Positions 1 to 9,671 of a stretch of DNA of 61,863 nucleotides are shown here, piece after piece; within the stretch, counting starts at the first letter, position 1, and each line of letters begins with the position of its first letter. Location of the stretch: contig JAZOQB010000035.1 of the NCBI GenBank assembly GCA_045655865.1, positions 1-61,863 of the forward strand, in the 5' to 3' direction. Both the position numbers and the translations under genes were made by a program. The notes beneath the pieces are model-generated. The model was given only the letters and a program-made list of their open reading frames with translations. It was not told the DNA's origin and ran no database searches. This DNA is from Eubacteriales bacterium (GTDB taxonomy: Bacteria > Bacillota > Clostridia > Oscillospirales > SIG627).

Positions 1-62
1 CACACAGTATTGCTACCACTAGAACCTGAATCTAGCGCGTCTGCCAATTCCGCCACATCCGC
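1..62 (-). tRNA. tRNA-Leu(CAG), 3' part cut by window edge
   Basis: Reverse complement GCGGATGTGGCGGAATTGGCAGACGCGCTAGA-TTCAGGT-TCTAGTGG...; anticodon stem CTAGA/TCTAG with CAG and a long variable arm. Confidence 0.95.
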
Positions 63-101
63 ATAAAAAGGGAAAATCGCTCTTCTGAGTCGACTTTTAG
101 G

Positions 102-130
102 ATTATAGCAAAGAAGAAAGGAAAAGTCAA
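102..130 (-). promoter_or_regulatory. sigma-A promoter of tRNA-Leu
   Basis: Minus strand TTGACT-17bp-TATAAT with TG extension. Confidence 0.7.
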
Positions 131-379
131 GACGAAAACAAGAAAAACTTTTCGGGAGGCACACTTTTTTCATTCACATCCCTGGCGGTCCGGCCTGCCT
201 TTTGGAAAGCGGGCGGCGGATTGAAACGGGAGAAAAGTATGTCTTCTTTGGAAACTTTCCAAGAAAGGGGAGTATTTCCCTTGCAAATTTTTCTAGAGTG
301 ATTATAATATAATTGTAATTTTTTAAAATAGACAGCCGTTTAGGCCTTGTCCGTCGAAACGGAAAATAGGGAAGTATCT

Positions 380-2206
380 ATGGAAAAAGAAAACATTCGA
401 AATATTGCAATCATCGCTCACGTCGACCACGGCAAAACCACCTTGGTGGACGCCATGCTCCGTCAGACAGGAACCTTCCGCGCCAATGAACAGGTGGAAG
501 AGCGTGTTATGGACTCCAATGACTTGGAGAAAGAGCGCGGAATTACCATTTTGGCAAAAAATACCTCTTTGTATTATAAGGGAGTCAAGATCAACATCGT
601 GGATACGCCCGGCCACGCGGATTTCGGCGGGGAAGTGGAGCGCAGCCTTTCTATGGTGGATGGCGTGATTCTTTTGGTGGACGCCTACGAGGGATGTATG
701 CCACAGACCCGCACGGTTCTGAAAAAGGCTTTGGCGCTGGGCTTGGTTCCCGTTATTGTTATCAACAAGATCGACCGGCCTATGGCCCGCCCCAAGGAAG
801 TTACCGATGAAATGTATGACCTTCTCATCGATCTGGGTGCTACCGAGGAACAGCTTGATCTGCCGGTGATCTATGCCTCCGGCCGGGACGGCTGGGCAAC
901 CACCGATTACAATGTAAAGACCGAAGACCTGATCTGCCTGTTTGATGTGATTTTAAATGACATTCCATCTCCTCAGGTGGAAGAGGACGCTCCTTTCCAG
1001 ATGATGGTTTCTAACATTGATTTTAACGACTATACCGGAAGAATGGCAGTGGGCAAGATCCTCCGTGGCGTGATTCATGAAAAGACTCCCGTGTCCGTGG
1101 TCCGCCGGGACGGATCTGTAAAGAAGTGCAAGATTGCCGGTATGTACACCTTTGATAAATTGAAGAAGACTGCCGTTACTTTTGCCAGCGCCGGAGATAT
1201 CGTATGTCTTACCGGTATTCCGGACATTGAGATCGGCGATACCGTTTGCGATCCCGAGCATCCCGAGGGGCTTGCTTTCGTGGAGATTGAAGATCCGGTT
1301 CTGTCCATGTTCTTTTCTGTGAGTACTTCGCCTTTCGCCGGGCAAGATGGGACCTACGTTACCTCTCGCCATATCCGGGAGCGTCTTTATCGGGAATTGG
1401 AATCCAATATTTCTCTTCGGGTAGAGGACACAGATACTACGGATACCTTGAAAGTTTCGGGAAGAGGCGAGCTTCATCTTTCCGTTCTCATTGAAAATAT
1501 GCGCCGTCAGGGATACGAGTTTCAGGTATCCCGTCCTACGGTCATCACCAAAGAGATCGACGGCGTTTTATGTGAACCCTATGAAATTCTCTACATTGAC
1601 TGCCCCGATGAGTTTTCGGGTACGGTGATCGACTTGATCTCCCGCAGAAAAGGAGAGCTTTTGCAAATGTCTCCAACCACAGCGGGCTTTACCCGATTGG
1701 AATTCTCCATTACCAGCCGCGGAATGATCGGCTGTCGCGCGGAGCTGCTTACCGCCGCCAAAGGAAACGCCGTGGTGAATACGGAGTTCGAGGGTTACCA
1801 CCCTATGAAGCCCGGGCTTTCCACCCGTTCCCGCGGATCACTCGTTGCCTGGGAAAACGGAACTGCTACTTCCTACGGTATGTTTAATGCTCAGGATAGA
1901 GGAACCATGTTCATCGCCGTGCAGGCTGAGGTTTACGAGGGAATGATCGTGGGTGAGTCCAATGACTCCAAGGATCTTGTGGTAAACGTTTGCAAAAAGA
2001 AGCACCTGACTGCCATCCGCTCCAGTGGCGCGGATGAGGCACTGCGCATCACCCCGCCACGCCAGATGAGCTTGGAAAAATGCATGGAATTCATTGCGGA
2101 TGATGAGCTTTTGGAAGTTACTCCCAAGACTTTGCGCTTGCGTAAAAAGATATTGGATACCGAGCAGCGAGCAAAGATTCGGGCAAAGGAAAAAGCAGGC
2201 GTTTGA
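380..2206 (+). CDS. typA: Translational GTPase TypA/BipA
   Basis: [37 protein letters not shown], BipA C-terminus ([14 protein letters not shown]); ATG at 380 preferred to the upstream start of the ORF track. Confidence 0.97.
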   Translation: MEKENIRNIAIIAHVDHGKTTLVDAMLRQTGTFRANEQVEERVMDSNDLEKERGITILAKNTSLYYKGVKINIVDTPGHADFGGEVERSLSMVDGVILLVDAYEGCMPQTRTVLKKALALGLVPVIVINKIDRPMARPKEVTDEMYDLLIDLGATEEQLDLPVIYASGRDGWATTDYNVKTEDLICLFDVILNDIPSPQVEEDAPFQMMVSNIDFNDYTGRMAVGKILRGVIHEKTPVSVVRRDGSVKKCKIAGMYTFDKLKKTAVTFASAGDIVCLTGIPDIEIGDTVCDPEHPEGLAFVEIEDPVLSMFFSVSTSPFAGQDGTYVTSRHIRERLYRELESNISLRVEDTDTTDTLKVSGRGELHLSVLIENMRRQGYEFQVSRPTVITKEIDGVLCEPYEILYIDCPDEFSGTVIDLISRRKGELLQMSPTTAGFTRLEFSITSRGMIGCRAELLTAAKGNAVVNTEFEGYHPMKPGLSTRSRGSLVAWENGTATSYGMFNAQDRGTMFIAVQAEVYEGMIVGESNDSKDLVVNVCKKKHLTAIRSSGADEALRITPPRQMSLEKCMEFIADDELLEVTPKTLRLRKKILDTEQRAKIRAKEKAGV

Positions 2207-2230
2207 CCTTAGTCCCTGAAAGGAGATCGG

Positions 2231-3169
2231 ATGAATATTTTACATTTAAGGTACGCCGTGGAAGTAGAGCGTACCCGTTCCATTACCGGAGCTGCCGCCA
2301 ATTTGTTTATGAGTCAACCCAATCTCTCCCGGGCCATTAAGGAATTGGAAGAAAACTTGGGAATCACCATTTTCAAACGCACATCCAAAGGAATTGTTAC
2401 TACTACCCAGGGCGAGGAGTTTCTTTTTCAAGCCAAAAATATCCTTCGTCAGATGGATGAAATGGAAGAAAAGTACAAGAAAAACGTGCCCGAGCGGCAA
2501 AGCTTCAATATTTCCGCGCCTCGCGCCTGCTATATTACCCGGGCTTTCACAAGCCTTGTGAATTCTCTGGACAATAGCAGGGAAATGGACCTGAATTACA
2601 AAGAGACCAACTCTTTGCGGGCTATTACCAACATTCTGCAAAGCAATTATAATCTGGGGATCATCCGATATCAGACTGCTTTTGAGTCGTATTTCTTGAA
2701 AATGATGGAAGAAAAGGATTTGAAGCACCAGGAGATCTGGGAATTTGAGTACGTTGCTCTCATGGACCGCTCTCATCCCCTGGCGGGCAAGACTCACCTG
2801 AGTCGGGAGAATTTTAAGAATTGTATCGAAGTGGTTCACGGCGATCCTTACGTTCCGTCCCTTCAGATTGCCTATGTGCGAAAGGCAGAGTTTTCCGATC
2901 TTACCGATAAAAAGATCTATATTTACGAGAGAGGCACCCAGTATGACCTTCTCAACGATGTCCCTTCTGCTTTCATGTGGGTTTCGCCCTCTCCGGAGGA
3001 GGTCTTAAAGCGCCACAATGTGGTGCAAAAGCGTTGCCCGGGTTTGAGCCACAAGTATAAGGATGTTCTCATCTATCGAAGCGGATATCACCTGTCACCC
3101 GTGGATCTTCGTTTTATCGAAGAATTGAACAAAGCCAAAAGCGAAGCCTCTCACTCCAATATGGAATAG
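2231..3169 (+). CDS. LysR-family transcriptional regulator
   Basis: N-terminal HTH SITGAAANLFMSQPNLSRAIKELEENLGITIFKRT; RBS AAGGAG. Confidence 0.93.
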   Translation: MNILHLRYAVEVERTRSITGAAANLFMSQPNLSRAIKELEENLGITIFKRTSKGIVTTTQGEEFLFQAKNILRQMDEMEEKYKKNVPERQSFNISAPRACYITRAFTSLVNSLDNSREMDLNYKETNSLRAITNILQSNYNLGIIRYQTAFESYFLKMMEEKDLKHQEIWEFEYVALMDRSHPLAGKTHLSRENFKNCIEVVHGDPYVPSLQIAYVRKAEFSDLTDKKIYIYERGTQYDLLNDVPSAFMWVSPSPEEVLKRHNVVQKRCPGLSHKYKDVLIYRSGYHLSPVDLRFIEELNKAKSEASHSNME

Positions 3170-3240
3170 TCGTAAAGAAGGGTGCTTGCTTTTCTTAAAG
3201 CGTGAAAAGAAAAACTGCATTTTCTTACAGAAAAAGATAA

Positions 3241-3273
3241 AAAAGATGCGCGAATGTTTCGTGCATCTTTTTT
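3241..3273. terminator. Intrinsic terminator between convergent genes
   Basis: AAAAGATGCGCGAA-TGT-TTCGTGCATCTTTT hairpin with T tract. Confidence 0.7.
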
Positions 3274-3394
3274 ACTGTCCTTTAGAGTATAATCGGTAGA
3301 CGTACCCTCTGTTTTTTTGGTTTTGCATAAAAAAGTTTTTTCGGTTTTTCTTCGTTTTAAGTCTGCGGCAAGGGGAGCAAGAAAGGAAAGGATA

Positions 3395-4060
3395 TTACCA
3401 AATCCATGGGATCAAGCGGTATTTGACCCTTTTCTTATACTCACGGTAACCGTCAAGTTCTTTTTCGAGAAATTCTTCTTCGTGCTTGATCCGTTTTGCG
3501 ATGATAAAAGGATATGCCAGAAAAATCAAAAACGAATATACAGACCCCAATACAATCGGCATGGATAAAAACAAAAGCAAGGTCACGCTATACATCGGAT
3601 GCCTGACAAGGCTGTATAAACCGGTGTCGACTACTTTTTGATTTTCTTGCACTTCAATTGTGCGGCTAAGATATGTATTTTCACGGAGAACCTGTGCATA
3701 AAGAATATAGGCAAAGAGAAATACCAAAGCCGCACCGATTGCTACGCCTTCAGGCAAGATATACCAATGAAAACGGACACCGAGGCCGGATGCGATAAAG
3801 CCTACAACAAACATAAGACCGCTGAGTTTCACAACAAGACTTTGCTCCGGGCTGTTTTCTTTTGCATCAAGTCTACTCTTTAATAGATTGGGGTTTTTAA
3901 GCATCATAACAATTCCGGCAAAAAACATTGGAACAAATAAAATCCCCATCAATAACCAGCCGTTAAAATAAGAAAAAGTGCCTGCGGGTAAGAATATCAA
4001 TAACCCTGTCAAAATAACACCCAATAAAAACTTTGTTATCGCCCCAACAAATAATTTCAT
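3395..4060 (-). CDS. Isoprenylcysteine carboxylmethyltransferase (ICMT/PEMT)-family membrane protein
   Basis: Multiple TM segments; VVDTGLYSLVRHPMY and RIKHEE...GYREYKKRVKYRLIP motifs. Confidence 0.88.
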   Translation of the reverse strand: MKLFVGAITKFLLGVILTGLLIFLPAGTFSYFNGWLLMGILFVPMFFAGIVMMLKNPNLLKSRLDAKENSPEQSLVVKLSGLMFVVGFIASGLGVRFHWYILPEGVAIGAALVFLFAYILYAQVLRENTYLSRTIEVQENQKVVDTGLYSLVRHPMYSVTLLLFLSMPIVLGSVYSFLIFLAYPFIIAKRIKHEEEFLEKELDGYREYKKRVKYRLIPWIW

Positions 4061-4132
4061 CGTGTTTCTCCGTCAGATTTTGTTTCTTTGTTTTATTATA
4101 CCACATTGCAGTTCAAAAGAAAGGACTTTGCA

Positions 4133-4165
4133 AAAAAATCCCCTCGGAGCCATCCGAGGGGATTT
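4133..4165. terminator. Intrinsic terminator downstream of the UDP-sugar pyrophosphorylase gene
   Basis: AAATCCCCTCGGA-GCCA-TCCGAGGGGATTT hairpin; the A run gives a U tail on the minus strand. Confidence 0.65.
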
Positions 4166-4200
4166 GATTGAGCAGTATTTCAAGTTCCGTTAGGGAAAAC

Positions 4201-5430
4201 TTAACAAACAACGCCGTTTTTGGCAAGAAGCGCCCGGGCAGAGACTACGGAGTCGATGCCTTCTTTGTTCTTGATAGGAGCAAATTCTTTTTCGCGGTCT
4301 ACCTCAAAGGGAAGACAAGAGAGCATATCCCGTACGGTGTCTGTGGCCAGGTACTCGAATTTATAACCGTTTTCTTTCGTAGGCTTCACTTCGTTTCCGG
4401 CTTCATCGATGTAGGGGATTTTCTTTTCCACGATGTGAAGCGGCATCTTTCCGTTCACGATCTTATACATTTGCTCCACACGGAAAAGATAGTTGAGGAT
4501 CACGCCGAATCGATATTTCAGCTTTCCGGTCTCGTCTTTTTCCGCGGCCAATTCTTCGCCCATTTCGTAGTATTCCACGATGGTGGGAAGACCGTCTTTT
4601 AAGCAAAGGGCACCTACCTTTTCTCCCGGTGCATTTTTGGACACTACTTTTGCGCCGCAGTTGCATCCGGAAAGAAGGGTCGCTCCGATAAAGACGGGAT
4701 CGCAGATTCTTTGGAGCACGTTGTCCATAGAAAATACGTTAATAAACTCTACGCCCTGTGCCACCAATTCCTTGTCCAGCCCGGCCTTGCACAGTGAGTG
4801 GAACCATCCGCCGTTTCCGTTGGGGGAGAGGGAAAGACGGCCTTTTTCTTCCAAGTAGATCTTCCCGTTGAAATCGCAACTGGGGGCCATTTCCTGACGG
4901 AAAAAGCGAACCTTTTCTGCTGGGAAGCCAAAGAAGTTGTGTTCTTTCAAGAAACGCTGCGTTTCCTCGTCGTTTTTATCCGAGGTCATGATCAAAAGAG
5001 GAAAGGCGCAACCGGCTTTTTCACATACGTCCAGCATATTGCGGATCTGAGCTTCAAAAATATAAAAGTCACGAGTGACACCCAGGTTGTAAGTACCCTT
5101 GGGCCCATCAAAACCGAGTCTGGTGCCCTGTCCGCCGCCTAAAAGCAGTGCAGCTACTTTGCCTTGGCGGATGGCCTCTAACCCCTTGGCTTCAAAGGTT
5201 TCTTTTTTTGCTTGGATCTCTTCGATCTCCAGGGCTCCCAGGGGGGTGAGGGTGCCGGCGCAGTCGCTGACCTGTTTATTTTGATCTTTCTTTTTCAGTG
5301 CGTCTAAAAGGGAAAAGTCTGCTTGGTTGATCTGATCAACCAAAGCTTTCTGTTCCACGGGTGTTAATTCATCAAAAAATCGGAGCAGATGCTCCTGACC
5401 GTATTCCTGCAAGCGATCGATGTTGTTCAT
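4201..5430 (-). CDS. UDPGP type-1 family / UDP-N-acetylhexosamine pyrophosphorylase (UAP1-like)
   Basis: LGGGQGTRLG.DGPKG, SPNGNGG, DNVL, YKFE, EFAPIKN motifs. Confidence 0.9.
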   Translation of the reverse strand: MNNIDRLQEYGQEHLLRFFDELTPVEQKALVDQINQADFSLLDALKKKDQNKQVSDCAGTLTPLGALEIEEIQAKKETFEAKGLEAIRQGKVAALLLGGGQGTRLGFDGPKGTYNLGVTRDFYIFEAQIRNMLDVCEKAGCAFPLLIMTSDKNDEETQRFLKEHNFFGFPAEKVRFFRQEMAPSCDFNGKIYLEEKGRLSLSPNGNGGWFHSLCKAGLDKELVAQGVEFINVFSMDNVLQRICDPVFIGATLLSGCNCGAKVVSKNAPGEKVGALCLKDGLPTIVEYYEMGEELAAEKDETGKLKYRFGVILNYLFRVEQMYKIVNGKMPLHIVEKKIPYIDEAGNEVKPTKENGYKFEYLATDTVRDMLSCLPFEVDREKEFAPIKNKEGIDSVVSARALLAKNGVVC

Positions 5431-5547
5431 TGTGGTCCTTCCTTGTGTTTTGATGGAAAAATTTTATCATGAGAGCGTTTTTTTGTCAATTTCTTTGGAA
5501 AAGAAGATAAATTTCTGAAGAAAAAATATAACAATCTTGAATTTGTC

Positions 5548-5575
5548 TTGCAATTTATAAAATATGTGATATAAT
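5548..5575 (+). promoter_or_regulatory. sigma-A-like promoter for small peptide gene
   Basis: TTGCAA-16bp-TATAAT with TG extension. Confidence 0.6.
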
Positions 5576-5633
5576 AAATAGTGTTGATATATTGATTTAT
5601 TATCATGTTTTGTATTTTAAGGAGGCATTCTTT

Positions 5634-5783
5634 ATGAAGATATACCAATCTCCTGAGTTGGAAATTCGCTTTTTCAAAACCAGCGACGTGTTGGAAAGCA
5701 GCGATCCCCAAACCCCCATTGAGCCCTGGTCTTTCAGACGTAAGGCAAGTGGTGAAGAAAAAATGAATGTGTTCACAAAATAA
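5634..5783 (+). CDS. 49-aa small peptide, possible RiPP-precursor-like (YxxPxL leader)
   Basis: Strong RBS AAGGAGG, ATG at 5634; MKIYQSPELEIRFFKTSDVLESS...; has its own promoter and terminator. Confidence 0.7.
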   Translation: MKIYQSPELEIRFFKTSDVLESSDPQTPIEPWSFRRKASGEEKMNVFTK

Positions 5784-5820
5784 TTTGTTCTTGTTCTGCT
5801 TTTCATTGTTTTTGTATCAA

Positions 5821-5849
5821 AAAAGATGCGGCTTGATGCCGCATCTTTT
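5821..5849. terminator. Bidirectional intrinsic terminator
   Basis: AAAAGATGCGGC-TTGAT-GCCGCATCTTTT between convergent genes. Confidence 0.75.
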
Positions 5850-7320
5850 ATTTTTTTGGGCTGGTGTTTTCCGGCCTTGTGGTATAAGAGCTGGTGGAAA
5901 GAATGGGCTCCAATTCCAAAATAATATCATCCTCGTGGTCAAAGGTGTTTTGCGGGCCACGGGTAATTGTGATTTTGGTGTAATAGCTGGAGGATGGCTC
6001 CGGAACTGTGCTTCCTGCAGGCGGGAAGATTCCGTTTACCTTGGAGATCAAGTACCAGCCAGCGGTTTTGGAATACATGACGGCATGGCCTTCGGAAAAG
6101 TGACTGATCTGATCGAAGGAGCAGGGGATCACTTCTTTTCCCGTCAGATCCACCACGCCCATTTTTCCATCTTTGTTGGTGACGGTGGCCAATCCTTCAA
6201 AGAAGGGGGAGGCGTCAGCATAAATGGGATCTGAAAGCCAAGCTCCCAGAGCGGTAAAATACCCGAAGCGCTTACCGTCGGTGACAGAGAAAACCCCCTG
6301 GTGGTAAGAAACGGCCCGAAATCCCTCCGGCAGAGAAAACTCTTGCCCATAGCGGTCGATAATCCCTTCCCGGGATTCTTTCAGAACGCCTTGTTCGTCA
6401 TAGCTGGCAAACACCACTCGTAAAAGGCCGTTTTCAAAGTAAGAAAAGCCCAGCGCTTCTTCTCCCGTCTTGTCCGGGAGTATGAGAGAGAGGTGAGAGA
6501 AAACCACCTCTCCTTTTTCGTTGCGAATGGTAACTTTTCCCTCGGCATCCGCCATCACCGCAAAGCCTTCGGAATAAGCGAAAGCGGTGGGATACTGGGG
6601 GGGAACCGTGAAGGTCTGGGTTCTACGTCCGTTTTGATACGTGCCGGTATAGCCGAAGAGACCGTTTTCATAGATGAGCTTTCGCTCCGGCTCGCCCACA
6701 CCGTAAGAGGCGGGCATGGGAAGTAAAATGCCTCGACCGTCTCGCACCGGATCAAAATCCGTTGGTTGAAAAGATAGGTCGGAAAGGAGCAGACGGTAAT
6801 AGCTCCCATCTTCCTTTTTTTTGAAAACCGGATCACCTTCTTGATCTCGGTAGCCGGTAAGATCATACTCCTGGTTTCCCGGAATCTCCCGCAGTCCCAA
6901 GGCCAGACGGATCTGCTTTGCCCCTTCTTTTTCGCTGATCAGAAAGCCGTGAGCGGTATTATGATTTCCCGGTTCCAGAGGAGTTTTGACAATAGACATT
7001 CCCTTTTGATCAAAGGTGGCGGCACTGACAAGCTCTGCCCCGCCTTCCACTTGAGAAAAATCAAAGAGGGAAGCGAGAATATCGCCGGCATAGGCCGCGT
7101 AGTCGAAAACCACAGCCTCATCCGTTCTGTTTGGGTTTTCTTCGGTAGTAGGCGACTCGCGTCTGGGTCTTCTTACCAAAAAGGGCAAATCGATGACGCC
7201 CGTGTCCCAAAGAATCAGGACCACGCTGAAAGCCACCACCGCCAATGCGATGACGAGGCGTCCGGTAAGCTCGCCCCATTGTTTTTTTGATAAAAAAGAC
7301 TTTCTCTTTTTCGTTTCCAT
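5848..7320 (-). CDS. Membrane-anchored WG-repeat protein
   Basis: One N-terminal TM; repeats of the F/Y-SEG-x-A-V...G-x-I-D-x-x-G...I-P type (YSEGFAVM, FENGLLRV, FFEGLATV, FSEGHAVM). Confidence 0.8.
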   Translation of the reverse strand: METKKRKSFLSKKQWGELTGRLVIALAVVAFSVVLILWDTGVIDLPFLVRRPRRESPTTEENPNRTDEAVVFDYAAYAGDILASLFDFSQVEGGAELVSAATFDQKGMSIVKTPLEPGNHNTAHGFLISEKEGAKQIRLALGLREIPGNQEYDLTGYRDQEGDPVFKKKEDGSYYRLLLSDLSFQPTDFDPVRDGRGILLPMPASYGVGEPERKLIYENGLFGYTGTYQNGRRTQTFTVPPQYPTAFAYSEGFAVMADAEGKVTIRNEKGEVVFSHLSLILPDKTGEEALGFSYFENGLLRVVFASYDEQGVLKESREGIIDRYGQEFSLPEGFRAVSYHQGVFSVTDGKRFGYFTALGAWLSDPIYADASPFFEGLATVTNKDGKMGVVDLTGKEVIPCSFDQISHFSEGHAVMYSKTAGWYLISKVNGIFPPAGSTVPEPSSSYYTKITITRGPQNTFDHEDDIILELEPILSTSSYTTRPENTSPKK

Positions 7321-7385
7321 TTTTCCCGCCTAATTGATACTTTTAAGGACAGTATATCATTTGACAGATGAAAAAAAAAGACTTT

Positions 7386-8006
7386 TCATGAAAAAATCTC
7401 GGCAATTTTTTCTTTTCCTCGGCCCCACCATTCCAAAATTTTAAAGCGAATTTTGTATTTTCCCTTCTGAACGGTAACTGTTTTTACGTTTTCTTCCTTC
7501 ATCCCCGCCTCCAGAAGTGCATCTTCTGTGTCTAGCGCGGTGTTGAGACAAATGGGCGGAAAGAGAACGCACCACCAGTTTTGACCTTGCGCTTGCCCGA
7601 TCTTCACTTGCAAAGAGAGGTATTTTCCGCTGGGAAGAGAAAGGGATTCGTATCTTTTTGTGGGATAGTATTCTTCCATAAGAGAAAGTTCCACCGGCAT
7701 GGCGCAACCTGCCTCCAAAAGCGCATCCTGAGCGATGCGTTGCATGTCGTCAAATCGTTTGCAAATTTCCTCGGACGCTTCCTCTTTTCCGTCGAGCTGG
7801 GCAAAGTTCTCCTGGGAATAGGAAAGAAGTCGATCCCGCACCAAAAGCTTGTATTCTTGATCCTGCGGGGAATCGGAATTGGCCAAAACGTGTATGCGAA
7901 TCACCGATTGGTATAAATTTTCTTCTCCGGCAATGGGGGAGATGGCAAAGAGGATCAAAAGAGCGATTCCCCAGAAAACGATCGCTAAGGTCCATTCTTT
8001 TTTCAT
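7386..8006 (-). CDS. spoIIR: Stage II sporulation protein R
   Basis: IRIHVLANSDS..DQ..KL.VRD and GQNWWCVLFPPIC motifs; start at MKKEW after RBS AAGGAA. Confidence 0.93.
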   Translation of the reverse strand: MKKEWTLAIVFWGIALLILFAISPIAGEENLYQSVIRIHVLANSDSPQDQEYKLLVRDRLLSYSQENFAQLDGKEEASEEICKRFDDMQRIAQDALLEAGCAMPVELSLMEEYYPTKRYESLSLPSGKYLSLQVKIGQAQGQNWWCVLFPPICLNTALDTEDALLEAGMKEENVKTVTVQKGKYKIRFKILEWWGRGKEKIAEIFS

Positions 8007-8084
8007 GGTATGTATTCCTTTCCGAAAAAAATAGCTTCGCAGATTTCTCCGCAAAGCTATTGTGGCCAAAAGGAAAACAAATAA

Positions 8085-8939
8085 TCAGATCAAGGTGCAA
8101 AAATATGCCTGAACTCCCGTTTGATTCAAGGCATCTGCGGCGGCCCGGGCTTCTTTTTCCGAAAGAAACAGTCCGTAAACTGCGCTGCCGGATCCGGTCA
8201 TCATAGCAGCTTGCGCTCCCAGGGAAAGCAGAGCTGCCTTTCCAAGGGCGATTTCCGGGCAAAGAGCTACGGCGGGTAGCTCCAGATCATTTTGCATCAA
8301 GGAAAAGAGCTGTGAAATATCCGCTCCTTCCAGAGCTTCTGTGATCCGCTTTGGGTCCGGCGTCGGGTGTTTTTCGGAAGCCATCAAGTCAAACAGTCCG
8401 TAGATGCGGGGCGTAGAAAGACTTTGGCAGTTTTTTAACACCACACAGAACAGATTCTTTTTTTCGGGAAAGCAAAGAGGGGAGAGCTCGTCTCCGATCC
8501 CGGAGCAAAACTGTGTTCCTCCTGCAAGGCAAAAGGGAACGTCTGCCCCAATGGTTGCGCCAATATCAAAAAGATTGATCTGAGCGGGGAAAAGCGCCTG
8601 CATGGCTCGAAGCGTTGCTGCGGCATCGGCACTGCCGCCGCCAAGACCTGCTCCGTCCGGAATTTGTTTTGAAAGGGTGATTTTTACACCGCCTCGCATC
8701 CCCGCTTTTTCCAAATACCGCTTTGCCGCTTTGTAGCAAAGATTTTTTTCATCGGTGGGAATGCCGGGCTTGTCACACAGGATGAGGATCCCGGATGAGA
8801 TCTTTTGCACGGAAACCGTGTCGGCAAGGGAAATGGATTGCATGACGCTCTCCAGGGTGTGATACCCGTCTTCGCGCTTTCCCGTAACGGCAAGGGTCAA
8901 GTTGATTTTGGCGTAGGCAGAAAGGGTAATGGAGTCCAT
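8085..8939 (-). CDS. ispE: 4-diphosphocytidyl-2-C-methyl-D-erythritol kinase
   Basis: AYAKINLTL, IP.GAGLGGGSADAAA, GADVPFCL, MMTGSGS. Confidence 0.96.
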   Translation of the reverse strand: MDSITLSAYAKINLTLAVTGKREDGYHTLESVMQSISLADTVSVQKISSGILILCDKPGIPTDEKNLCYKAAKRYLEKAGMRGGVKITLSKQIPDGAGLGGGSADAAATLRAMQALFPAQINLFDIGATIGADVPFCLAGGTQFCSGIGDELSPLCFPEKKNLFCVVLKNCQSLSTPRIYGLFDLMASEKHPTPDPKRITEALEGADISQLFSLMQNDLELPAVALCPEIALGKAALLSLGAQAAMMTGSGSAVYGLFLSEKEARAAADALNQTGVQAYFCTLI

Positions 8940-8957
8940 ATGATTCCTTTCCAAAGA

Positions 8958-9671
8958 TTATTTCTTTTTCCCTTTTCCAAAGGTGAATTTCTTTTCGGTT
9001 TTGTTTAAGAGCCGATGAATATTCTCGCGGTGCATGGCGATGATGAAAAAGGCGATAAAAAGGGAAAACAGAAGGTAAACGGTGCTGGGATGGCGAATAT
9101 TGAAGGCGTAGACCACCAAGGGATAGAAAAAAGCGGCGGTAATGCTGGATGCGGAAATGATCTGCGTAGCAGCAAACATCAGCGAGAAGATCAATAGCAG
9201 AACCAAAAACACCAACGGATCAATGAGAAGCACGGTAATGGCTCCCACAACCACCCCTTTTCCGCCTTTGAAGCGGTAATACACAGGGAAAACGTGACCC
9301 AAAATACAGAAAAAGCCTGCTATGTATTGTCCAGGGCCTCCCAGAATAAAAAAGGCGATGGAAATGGCAAGGAGAGCTTTTACCGCGTCTCCTGCTAAAG
9401 TGAGAAGCCCCGCCTTTTTGCCGAACGTTCGGAACATGTTGGTCATACCGGCGTTTCCGGAGCCGTAGTCTCGCACGTCGTATCCGTAGATTTTCTTGGA
9501 CAGAAGAACCGCGGTGTTAATGCTACCCAAAAGATAGGACAGGATAGCGATCAGAAAAAAACCGATGATAAGAAAAGAGAGAAATGCCCGCGAGGAGACG
9601 TTGTTTTCAATGAGCCGTGTCCCCAAAGCTCCCCATTCTACAATGGATGGGTTAGAAAAAAAGTACCTCAT
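8958..9671 (-). CDS. plsY: Glycerol-3-phosphate acyltransferase PlsY
   Basis: YLLGSIN, GSGNAGMTN.FR, GHVFPV...FKGGKGV, HRENI.RL; follows der. Confidence 0.95.
   Translation of the reverse strand: MRYFFSNPSIVEWGALGTRLIENNVSSRAFLSFLIIGFFLIAILSYLLGSINTAVLLSKKIYGYDVRDYGSGNAGMTNMFRTFGKKAGLLTLAGDAVKALLAISIAFFILGGPGQYIAGFFCILGHVFPVYYRFKGGKGVVVGAITVLLIDPLVFLVLLLIFSLMFAATQIISASSITAAFFYPLVVYAFNIRHPSTVYLLFSLFIAFFIIAMHRENIHRLLNKTEKKFTFGKGKKK

Noticed and set aside
3241..5849. Two hairpins sharing AAAAGATGCG...GCATCTTTT
   Set aside because: Only two copies, both between convergent genes; explained as terminators, not a repeat family or element ends
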